From Podarcis vaucheri (Eukaryota), in the NCBI GenBank assembly GCA_965113315.1, contig OZ220364.1: a stretch of DNA of 64,000 bases. One strand, 5' to 3'. Below the pieces are notes generated by a model. The model worked only from the letters and a program-made list of their open reading frames with translations, made no database searches and was not told the origin of the DNA. Both the position numbers and the translations under genes were made by a program. This document shows positions 25,505-36,634 of this stretch, piece by piece. Numbering within the stretch: the first letter of the stretch is position 1; each line of letters opens with the position of its first letter.

Positions 25505-27313
25505 AAATAGAGGATATCTGCAAAGGTTATAGACTGCATCCTGCTAAATTTTGGACAAGAGCACAAATGACCTGTCTTTATTGGTTTGTGACTCTTCGCA
25601 GTGTTATAGCCCCTTTTTGTGCCCTTTTGCTGCGGAACAGAAATTTACACAGGAAGACAAGATCGTAAGGACAAGATGGGAAAGACAGACAAGATGGTAT
25701 AAAGAAAAGGCCCCAATAAAGCACAATGTGACTAAGGACCAGCAAGTAAAAAAAAGAAGGGGGAAAAAGAAATCTTGGCAAGAGTCAAGGTTCAGCATTG
25801 ATTTTCCTTTTAACTCTATGTTTATTCAAACAGTGCGGATACAGATTAACTTCCTGTACTCAATATTTATCATCATTTGACTCGTCTGGAGATGTGAACA
25901 ATAAGCCTCTTGTTTAAGTGGCTTTTAAAAATGCCCCCCTTTGCTGTAGCTTCTTCATTTGTTCCTGTGCCCTCAGGTATAGCTCTATTTATTTAAACTT
26001 GTCACAGCCAGTCCTTAGAAAAGAATAATTCACATGCCACTTAACAGCCACATATGAGGATTGCTGGCTCCTTTGGTTCACCAGTTTTTGCAGTGTTGGA
26101 CTTATCTAGTGATTTAAACTGATTCATTATTCCCACAAAACATGGTGAGTGTAGTTCTGTGAGTAGGACCAGGAGTATCTAACAGAATTCTCACGTCTTT
26201 CTTTAACTTCAGTCCCCAGGATACTTTGGGAGATGTCGTGGCAGTAAAATTGGTATAAAACAGACGTATGTTTGTGCCTGGCTAGCCATGGTCAAATTTA
26301 CCTCTCATCTTCCAGATTCACTTAGTAGTTTTTTCCTGATCCTGTACCTTCTCACCATAATCAGGGGAGAGAGAAATCATTAGGACATTGCATTAGTAGT
26401 TGACTGCAGAGCCACTGTATGTTAAAGGCAACACAAAGGGCTGGTTCATGAATAACACATTCCAAATCTACATGATGTAGAGAGCAAGACAAGAGCTCCC
26501 GTTATGAGCAGGATATTCTTTAGTATCCATTTATCTGTAGTTAAAGAGAACCTCTGGTCTACTTTAGGTGGAAGTATTTCCGTCTAGCAAAAGCAGCCTT
26601 GCAGAAGCTACCAGCCTGTCTGCCTACATGTACTTGTGTTTTTCATTCGTGGGTAATACATAGCAGCCTAAAACAATGTATTTTGTAATGTTGCCTTGCA
26701 TGGTTATGTGGAGCCTGGGTGCCCACACCACCACACTACATGTACATGAGATTAGGATGACTGTTTACAAACCCATAGTAGCGGCATGCATTTCTGGGTT
26801 AACAGTCTCAACAAGCTTTTTATCTTGCATAGTATGCCAAGGGCACTGACACATCTCTCTCATACATGCGCGCGCACACACATATATACACAGATACTAT
26901 GCATTGCTTTCAGAATGCAATAAAGTTGTTCACATCTCAGTAGATGGCAGCTGCACAGCATAAGAAAGAGCAGCTGGATGTAGCCACTATTCATCCTTTT
27001 TTTAAAGGAACTTCCAACTTGTTGCTCACTTAACAGCTTCCTTAGTTGCATCAGCCCTAGGAAGAAATTCAGAATGTTTTCTCTTGTTGAGAGCTGCCGC
27101 AGAGCAACAATGGTGACAACTGCAAATACGTTGAGTTTCTAGTTCCCTGCAAGTGACTTGGAGGGGCCCTCTTTCTTATGAAATAGCACACTTAGCTTTG
27201 GCAATTGGGGTTTCGTTTCAAAAGCCATTGCAGCAGCTGAACATCCTGACTCCAGAAGTGTGAGACTTTCAGCATTATTGTTTGATAGCTTTGGGCATTA
27301 GTAAGGTTCTCTA

Positions 27314-27339
27314 ACACACACACACACACACACACACAC
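27314..27339. repeat. (AC)13 microsatellite
   Basis: Direct. Confidence 0.9.
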
Positions 27340-29070
27340 GGTTCTGTACACATTTTAGCTAAATTGCTTAAATAGCTTAATTGTGATATGGGGTTGGGAA
27401 CAGGATTTGGTCAGCAGACCAGATTCTTATTCTCCCCACTACTTGCAGACCAGCTTTGCTGCCAACCCTGTCAGTCGCCTGATGGTGAAATCAAACTGCA
27501 TGGGCGGAGAGACAAGGACCAGATTCAACTCACGGGCCCCTCTAGTGGATGCCCACGCAAGGACTTCCACTAGTGTAATGGGGCTTTCCCCCTCTGCTTC
27601 CCTTGTGCCCCCAACCTCCACTTTGCTGGGGGGGGGCAGATGGGAGAATGACCAAAACAGTACTTGTGGGGAGGAGAGGACGGATTGTTCAGAGGAGACC
27701 TGGGATAGAAAAAGCATATTGATAATCAGGTTGACCAGGAATTGTGGTAAGAGAAGTGTGTTGAAGATGTGGCTGGGGGGGGGGGGAATAGGATGGGAGA
27801 GTAAGAGCTGAATTGGGCAGAAGAAACAGAAAATATGGGATTTAATGGGATTTTAAAAAAATAAAAAATGGGCATTCTATATAGGATTTATCCGCCAGAT
27901 TAAGGTCAGTTAAGATGGATACAATAGGCGGTTAGTGTATATTGGTTGGGAGAGGATTCACACAAGAAGATGCTGGTAAACCGTAATCCAACCTTAGACC
28001 TTGTTTTCAGGAGGAGTTTATACAGTGGTTTCACTGCATATCAGTCACTTGGCAGGCTTTTTGATTCAACCTCACAACTCCGAAGCTATGTGACACTTCC
28101 TATGTTTGCTAGTTTGCATCAGGGCACCCAGACATTTCACGGAATTTGAACCCTTATTTCTCAGGGCCAGATCCAGCTCACACTTTGTGGTACCACGCTT
28201 GCACAAGGTTGTTATTTATTCAGTCTCCATGCACTGTGTGTAGGCAGAGAGTAGCTTAGTGCCACTTGGCACTGGTCAGGGCTTCTGTGTCTTTGATAAA
28301 TTGCACACCATAGTGATATTTGGGAGACACATCTCTGATTATTACTGACTCCTTGATGGGAGGAGTTGCACTTTACGAACTTCCCCCCATCTTAGAGCTC
28401 CTAAAGAAGCAGGAGCCCTATCCAGGAGCACATTTGATAACCTCAGTCATAATCATCTTTCAATAGGTTGTTGGAAATGCAGCGGATATCAAGTCCACAT
28501 CTCAGCACAATCACTCTTCGGTGATAGAGTAGGTGTTGGCAGAAGTTGATCACCTTTCTTGCATGGAAACCTTATTGGAACTTTGTTCAAGGGACCTTGC
28601 TTGAGTATTCAGGTCACCCACTTACTGGCTGACATGCCATGTGACCCTTCCACCCACTTTTGCCACAGTAAGAGCACTTGTTTATATCAAAACCACTGTT
28701 TCAGCGACTGTGTTCATCAAACTTTGAAAAGAAGACATGAAGAGTAGTTAGCTGTAAGTGTCTTTGCAGGGAGGTGGTAGATGGCTTCTTGATTACAGGC
28801 TGTTAGAGGGTGGGAAATGGGAATTTGCTGAACTACAAAGACTCTGACAGAGCATTCCTGAAACACTGGTAGTAACTTGACAGGTAGCATTAAGGCCAAG
28901 TTGGATGTGAGATGAGAGAATGGAATGGAAGACATGAGGAAGTAGGATCTATGAAATTACATTGCTTGAGCCATTGCTCAAAGAGTAGAATCTGTACTTC
29001 TAATGCAAGTTTGTCTGAATCTTGAGATCTTGGAACACAGCATGGATAGAAGCCACAGTGAAATGCAGTA

Positions 29071-29321
29071 TAGCCACACCTTGGAAGTCCAACAGAATCC
29101 GTTGCAGAAGTCCATTTGACTTCCAAAATGTTTGAAAACCAAATTGCGGCTTCTGATTGGCTGCAGAAAGCTCCTGCAGCCAATCAGAAGCCACGGAAGC
29201 CCCGTCAGATGTTTGGGTTCCAAAAGAACATTTGCAAACCGGAACAATCACTTCCAGGTTTGAGGCATTCGGAAGCCAAAATGTCTGAGTTCCAGGGTGT
29301 TCAGTAACCAAGGTACGACTA
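29071..29321. mobile_element. Tigger-like MITE with an internal hairpin
   Basis: Degenerate TIRs (..accttgg / ccaaggtacgact), TA flanks, central palindrome ggcttctgattggctgcag...ctgcagccaatcagaagcc. Confidence 0.72.
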
Positions 29322-31584
29322 TATAAGAGGAAATGAAGGATCTTTCTGAATTCTCTTTCCATGGTGCTACAGAGGAGCTGGTTGGAAGCGAGATTGCTGG
29401 CATTTCCACATTTTTGGTTACCCACATTTTTTGTATGCCAGAACTGAAATATATGCACTCATGCACTCTCATACAAGTTGAGCTTCCTCACTATGCCAAA
29501 TCATTGACTCTGCTAGTGAAATACAAATACAACTACTGGCTGTCCATAGGTTTCATCTAGACAACAGCTTCCAACATGGCTGACTAACTAGCGTTGTGCT
29601 AAAACAGAAATGGGTAGGACAGGTTGCCAGAGCAGAACTGGCTGCAAAGTTTATGGGGCCCTCAGCCAAGGCGGCATCTCATCCTCTTTCTTCTTCTTCA
29701 TCCTATATAGTGGCAGGACTGCATCATTTTTACTGGTCCTGCTGGTCTGTTGCTTGATATTTGCACTAGCAGGGATCAGCGTGGTGCCTGTGTAGCTTGC
29801 AGATGTATTGTGCACTGAGTATGCCTCTGGTGCACAAAAAGTCTCTTAAGCATCAGTATTTCAGTTCTTCCATGAGGTTTAATGTGGTCTATTGATTTGA
29901 GTGGTTGAAATCCTAGAGTCACCATAAATCCTGTTTGTAACCTTCCATATGTCACTCTCAGCCTCAGTTCCCTATCTGTTTTGTTTGGGTTGTTGTTTTT
30001 TAAGAAAATGAACTGCAGTTAGCTACCATCTTTGCATAATCAAAATGCAATATAAATTATTACCAAACAGCGAAGAGGATCAGGCACCTGGCTGAAGATA
30101 ATTTGTGCCTCCCTTGCTCTTTTGGTCCCGAACAGCATTGTTTTGGCAACACACACACATTCTGTTTCTGTTTCTCAGCATGCAGCCTTCAGCAATTCTT
30201 CCTAGCATCCCTGAAGAACTGTGTAAAAACATTACTAGCAGGTTGCTAAAACAAAATTCTGATATCAGGAATATGCTACTTAAGACTTGTCACGAATGTT
30301 GTCAGTTTCTCCATGAGAACTCATCTCTTTATTTTTATAAAAGCAAACTCATTTCTTTATTTTTATGAAAGCATCTCTCTCTCTCTCTCTGTCAAAAAAA
30401 GAAGAAATGCATTAGAAGATTAAATGGTGTTTCCATCTCCTGTGTATTTTTTTGTAAATCAATAAATTTGTATTGTTAGCGCAGGCACATGAACCAGATT
30501 GTACAACATTGTTACACTGATGAATCTTTCCCCTTGAGGTACCAAAAGATATATGTGCAAAGCAGGTGTTTTCGTTTGTTTAATTGGAGTTGAGTTCAGA
30601 CAATATTACTGGCAAATGAATTACACATGTTCAGTAATTCATAGAAAGCGACAGTCATTTTGCTTAGATGTTTGTCTTCCAAGCTGATTATATAAATATA
30701 GCAGGTTGTCGACGGCTTTTAAATATTTTAAACGAAGCAGGGTAACATTATTAGTTTCTCAGTCTACAAATTTAGCTGCAGAAGCGGCACACCCATATCT
30801 CATCTTCTGAGTATCAGTTGGTAACTTTTGTGTATTTAAATAATATCCTGTTTTGACAAACTGCTAAACCACAAGTCTCAAAAAGAAACACATGAAGCTT
30901 GTGTCAATACATGCTGGTATCTATCAACAGGAAACATTAGGGATTGTCAGATCTGGTACACTAATGAGGAATGCTTGCGTTTCTGCTCAATGTGGAACAT
31001 TTTCCAGAACGGCTTCTGTTCTTCTCGGGCTTGTTTATATTGATATCACTGTGTGTTACACAAGAGGTTGCTTCATTAAAAAAATGAGTTTGTTTCTTCC
31101 AGTTTTGCCCATCATTGCAGAATTTTGGTGTATCTCTGCAACCATATTTCAACAGCTAAAACTGCCGTTCTCCACAGAGGCAGTGTAAAACAAGAAGTGC
31201 CTCCAGCCATACTATCACCTCGGGCTGTAAGCTCCTCAGATCTCCCTGCAGCTGAGCAGCGTTGGTCACTCTCCAACTAAAGCCTAGGGCACTACAGGAA
31301 GCTCCACTGTTAATCCAATTCATTTTGCTTTTTTCTATCAGTGAATTCTGAAAAGAGAGGCCCAGGGTCAAGCTAGAAGTTGCTGTGCAGCTGGAGGGGG
31401 CTGCCTTACAAAGGAGAAGTAAAACATAGGTCAGAGATGCTGCTATTAAAGAACTCTGGTTTCATTTCAGAGTTGTGGCCGTATTACAGACAGATGTTCC
31501 TTTCTGTGTTGCGTTTGAAATAAACTATTGGTCTCTGATTTTGACATCATCTGTCTTACTTTAAGCACAGCCTGGCTGAAGGTT

Positions 31585-31883
31585 ACATTCAAATATCTAA
31601 AGGGTTGTCTCATGGAAGCTTGTTTTCTCCTGCGCTGGAGGATAGGGCCTGAACCACAAGAAAAGAGATTCCAACTAAACATCAGGAAGAACTTTCTGAT
31701 GGTAAAAGCTTTTTCCGTACTGGAGTGGACTCTCTTGGGGAGTTGGTGGACTCTCCTTCTTTGGAGGTTTTTAAGCAGAGGTTGGATGTCCATCTTTCAT
31801 GGATGCTTTTGTTGAGATTCCTGCAATGCCGGGGGTTGGACTAGATAACCCTCAAGGTCCTTTCCAACTCTAGGATTCTATGA
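31585..31883 (+). mobile_element. CR1 LINE 3' end
   Basis: Peptide FKYLKGC...QEKRFQLNIRKNFLMV and tail ttcctgcaatgccgggggttggactagat...ttccaactctaggattctatga. Confidence 0.88.
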
Positions 31884-33276
31884 AAATACAGAGCATCACG
31901 GCGAGAATGAACTATTATTCTAGGCACACTCCAGTGTAGTAGCATGTTAGCCAAGGTAGTATGCCTGCTTACATTGCAAGCATATAAGTGTGTCAAGGTG
32001 GGACTACTATGCATCTTCCTTCAACCTCCTTTAAAATTCACATAGCTCAGAACATATTAGTAGTTCCCTTGTAACATGATAAGGATAGCAGTGGCTCTGT
32101 TGCCATTTGCAAGTTTGTCTGAGGAGGGTATGGGCGACATTGGCCACCCTATAATTATTTCCAGGGCCAGATAGAGACACCCTAGGTAAGGAGTTCTGCA
32201 TATCAGCAAAGGGTTTCAGAGTCCAGGAGATGTACAGATGGTCGCTCTGCACTAAGTCCAACTCTACGTAAAACAATGTGATAGGAGGTTGACTAAATCT
32301 TAAGATTCTGCAAGCTTTGTTGAAGCGAATCTTCCTAAACTAGAGATGTGCCAAAAGTGCCTCACTGTGTACACACAGTAGGGTGCTTTTGTCCTCCTAA
32401 ACTGGATGTTTGGGGTTCAGAGGTCACAGTTCAGTGGCAGTGACTCTTTGGCCCTTTCCCCCTGATGTATGGCTATGGCAGCATAAAATTCTAACAAACC
32501 TTAGCTGAGACTAACCACAGTTTGTCCAGGTTCAGATATCACAGCAAGTTGTGGTTAGTCTAAAATGGAAGCCAGAACTTTGGCGCTCTTCCTCACAGGT
32601 GCGCTGGACAAGGTGGGGTGCGTGGGGGGGGGAGCATGTTTCTATGTCTTTCTCAACATCTGAACTTGCTGCTTCCTTCCACGCACCTATCTGCCACCCC
32701 TCTTAATACAAATACACAATTGGTTTCCATACTAGCATGCACATGTTTGCTGCATTTCAGTTCTCTTGCTAGGATTTCAAACTGTCCCTCTCCCCACCCC
32801 CACCCCCAGCTCATATATTGCATGAAGGTGGTGATCCTGTGAAATAGGCCAGTAAGCTCAGCACAGTAAAATAGTAAATTGACCAGTAAAAAAGAAATCA
32901 GTAAATGAAGGGAATAGCTATTAACGTGCCAAGCCAAGATATATAATTATATCCTAGGACTTTTCCAAACTATTACATGCTGAAGGTGTAAAGCGATTAA
33001 AAGGGAGATTTTTTTTTTTTTTTTGCTGGGTAGCAAGATTTACACTCTATTTTTACTCATGTATATTAAGTTGCAAAGCATTTTCTAGAAAATTTAATCA
33101 TTTGTATTATTACAGCTCCTTATTAGTTTCTGGTAACCAGCGTTTTAGCGTATTCTTCATTAAAAGAAGAAAAAAATGGTTTGAGTAGCCCACCCATCTT
33201 CCTGGACATACTGAGAATCCTGAGATGATAGCCTTTGCCTTCCCCATTACTGTGTGGTTTTAACTCACTAAAAAAT

Positions 33277-33618
33277 GTAAAAGTACCCCTGACCATTAGG
33301 TCCAGTCATGGACGACCCTGAGGTTGCGTGTTCATTTCGCTGTATAGGCCGAGGGAGCTGGCATTTGTCTGCAGACACCTTCTAGGTCATGTGGCCAGCA
33401 TGACTTAAGCCCCTTCTGGTGAACCAGAGCAGCACACGGAAACGCCATTTACCTTCCCACCGGAGCGGTAGCCATTTATCTACCTTTACTTGACGTGCTT
33501 TCGAACTGCTAGGTGGGCAGGAGCTGGGACTGAACAACGGGAGCTCACCCCATCGTGGGGATTTGAACTGCCGACCTTCCGATCAACAAGCCCTAGGCTC
33601 TGTGGTTTAGACCACAGC
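33277..33618 (-). mobile_element. Sauria (Squam1) SINE
   Basis: ggtcatgtggccagcatgact...tttaccttcccaccggagcggt...gctttcgaactgctagg...gggatttgaactgccgacctt (B box) ...ggtttagaccacagc. Confidence 0.9.
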
Positions 33619-35200
33619 AACTGTCTCAGATGGCAGATACTGGGCAGGGGGGTATCAGCAGCCTCCTGCCTGTTCCTCCAAAGCCATTTCCCTCTGTTGG
33701 AGGGCACAGCTGTGGGTTCCAGACAGCCTGTCCTGGGCCTCTGAACTACCACATTGCTCTCATGTGATGGAAAACACTGGTGTGGCGAGTTTCTGTATGT
33801 GGAGGGGTCCCATCCTGCTTCAGGCAGCATAATGTCTTGGGCCAGCCCTGGATATAATGTTAAAAGCTGGTTTCTTACACTTACAGCAGAGCTTTCCAAA
33901 CTGCATGTCGCGACTTGTTCGTGTGTCAGCTGCAGCGTGTCTCGGGAATGCTCCCCATTCTCCTCCCGCGGCTGGAAAAGGGCTAGTTTAACCTCTGGTT
34001 TACAAGTAAAACTGAATTGCTGCATCACAAAATGATGCATGTCATGTCCAAAAAGTCACCAACATGAAAAATTTGGAAAGCTCTGACTTACAGTGTCCCT
34101 CTTTTGGAAAAGAGGAGAATCTGACTAGCCCAACCATGAGGTTTGTGCATTGTTGTGTTTTACGTAGGGGTGACTGGAGATGATGTAACTGCAGAAGAGT
34201 TCTCCTATGTATTAGAGGACTATAAGGAAGCAATTTTATTCACTGCCATCAATGTGTTGTCTTTTGTGGAAAACTTGTTCCAAAGAATATCTTAGAAAAT
34301 ATGATAACTATCAATAGTCGACTAACCTTAGAGGTAGCCATAGCTAACCTTAGAACTATTATCTTGGACAAATCCCATGAAAGTTAGTGGAGTTATCCTC
34401 AGGACTACTTTAGAGTAAGAAAATTTGGGGTTATGAAGCTATATTTCTTTGTCTTCCGTTGCTGTATTGATTTTTAGATACAGTACATGGGGAGCTATTG
34501 TGACACCCATTAACTTATGAATGAATACTGAAGTCTCCAGGCACTACTTTCAGAAATTCCTCTCTTGTTGTGTGTCTTGAGTAACTCTAGTGCAGTCTTG
34601 TATCTTACACTGTGTAGTCCTTACCTCACCTCACAAGCTGCATCACAGAACATCTATTTATGAAACAATGCAAACTATCATTTTCTTTCATTTAGAAAGC
34701 TTTAATGTTCTCTCTTCTCTTTGCATTTGCAAAGGTGTGGAAGCGTTTTTATGACTGTATATTTTTAAGCATTTTTTTTATGCTGGAGGTGAATTTGAAC
34801 TGCAAGTCAGCTAAATATACTGTATCACGAAACCTTGGGGACCACTGAAATGAGAACAGTGGCCCATTACTGCTAAGAAGGTGTTTTATTGAAAATATGC
34901 CGACATACATTCCCAGGAGAGTGAGAAAATACAGCAAGATGCCCAGCAGTTATACAGGTTGTTCTCCTAGACAAGCTAATATATATAGTTTGGCACTTCC
35001 ATGCTGTGTGCAAGAGAGTCATATAATAGACTAATGCACACTTTTGCATTAAAAGGCCTCATGTTTCCCTGGATAATTTCTTTATCTATTTCTGTTTAAC
35101 GCGACCACCATTTATACCTTTCACTTATTCGTTAATTACATAAAACATTTTTGTTTCCGCTCGCTGGTTAGATGAGGCAGCTTAGTAAATTTAAGTGCAG

Positions 35201-35219
35201 TAGCCAGTAGATGGCAGTG
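35201..35219 (+). promoter_or_regulatory. Candidate CTCF binding site TAGCCAGTAGATGGCAGTG
   Basis: Fits the CTCF core CCASYAGRKGGCRS without mismatch, in apparently non-repetitive sequence. Confidence 0.55.
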
Positions 35220-35659
35220 TTTGCCAAAATGCTTTCCTCCGATGAAGGGCAGGGACCTTCATGCACATGTGCATATGCATTGGGAATTTGACTTCCAGCA
35301 AAGTTTCTGGTCAACCAACCAGCGTAGGCTACATTTTAAGGAAAGCAAGTTTCTAGACCACAGGACTGCATTTTTAAAAAACAAAAGGCACAAAGGGCAT
35401 ATTCAGGAGGTGTTTTCCATAGGGCTGATTTCACAAGCTATCAGCTAAGCCAGAAATTCAGGCATCAGTGCCTACAAAAGTCAGGTACAAATCAAGGCGG
35501 AATTTTGTGTATGCTGCCTGTGCTGTCCCTGTTGGTGCTTTTCCCTGTTTTGACTAGCATGGTTTACCATGAGGATTGCTGTGATCCCAATACATGGTTT
35601 GAGGGTCTTGGAGTGCTGATTCATGCTAAATAAAATTGCATTAGCAGCAGCATCATATA

Positions 35660-35768
35660 TATATATCCCACCTCTGCTCCAAGGATCTCAAGGTGGCATA
35701 CAGGTTCCTCCCCATTTTATCCTCACAACAACCCTGCTGGGAAGGTCAGGCTGAGAGACTGATTGGAA
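35660..35768 (-). mobile_element. SINE 3' part (Squam3/MIR-like)
   Basis: ctcaaggtggcatac...ccccattttatcctcacaacaaccctg...ggtcaggctgagaga. Confidence 0.6.
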
Positions 35769-35989
35769 GGATCAGGGAAAGGACCCCTCCTACCTCTGGC
35801 TATGGGCATGATGAGAGACATTTCGCCCTCTCCACAGCACCTGTAACTCTTCACAGGTATCATTTCCACCTACCATTTCCTACACTGCAATTGTGATTTA
35901 AGGAAGGGGACGAGGGGGGATTGCAAAAACAAATCGAAAAATCATGCCTCCCTCCTTGTTCTCCTAACATATGACTTTAAAAGAGGGGG

Positions 35990-36330
35990 CAGCATTACTG
36001 TGATCTAAACCACTGAACCTCTTGGGCTTGCCGATCAGAAAGTTAGTGGTTCTAATCCCTGTGACGGAGTGAGCTCCTGTTGCTCTGACCCAGCTCCTGC
36101 CAACCTACCAGTTTGAAAGCATGCCAGTGAAAGTAGATAAATAGGTACCGCTGTGGCGGGAAGGTAAACGGCATTTCTGTATGCTCTGGTTTCTGTCACG
36201 GTGTCCCGTTGCATCAGAATCAGTTTAGACCTGCTGGCCACATGACCCAGAAAGCAAGATGAGCACTGCAACCCCATAGTTGCCTTTGACTGGCCAACCA
36301 TCCAGGGGTCCTTTACCTTTTCACCTTTAC
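35990..36330 (+). mobile_element. Sauria (Squam1) SINE, internally deleted
   Basis: ctaaaccactga..gggcttgccgatcagaa..ggttctaatcc..agtagataaataggtaccgct..ggaaggtaaacggc..gctggccacatgacc; (accttt)n tail. Confidence 0.88.
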
Positions 36331-36474
36331 ATATAACCTGGTAGAGTTGACCCTTTACCTGAAACTGAAGGATAGAAATATTGACCCGCCTAAACATATT
36401 AATGGATTGTGTAAAATTGCTTGCCATTCTTTAAAAGAGGAAAGCTTTGAGAAACTCTGGCTGGGGCTGAGATT

Positions 36475-36634
36475 CATGGGCATGGTCGGAGGGCAGCTCA
36501 TCCACCCCACCCCCCAAATCAAGTAAATAAATAAAAATACTTAACTAGCTGACCAATTGTGTCACAGATAACTCGGTTCTGCCCCCTAAACATAAAGCTT
36601 GCCCCCTCTAAAATAAATCCTGGCTATGTCCATG
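36475..36634. mobile_element. hAT-type MITE
   Basis: Perfect 8-bp TSD ctgagatt (36467-36474 and 36635-36642); imperfect TIR catgggcatggtcgga / cctggctatgtccatg. Confidence 0.78.

Noticed and set aside
26934-27552. CTCF-like words ctcagtagatggcag (~26936) and reverse ccactagaggggcc (~27536)
   Set aside because: Each mismatches a highly conserved core position; too weak without ChIP data.
29145-29195. Hairpin with two CCAAT boxes as a promoter or pre-miRNA
   Set aside because: It is the internal palindrome of a Tigger-like MITE.
33486-34040. 184-aa minus-strand ORF
   Set aside because: Runs through a Sauria SINE and has no recognisable protein similarity.
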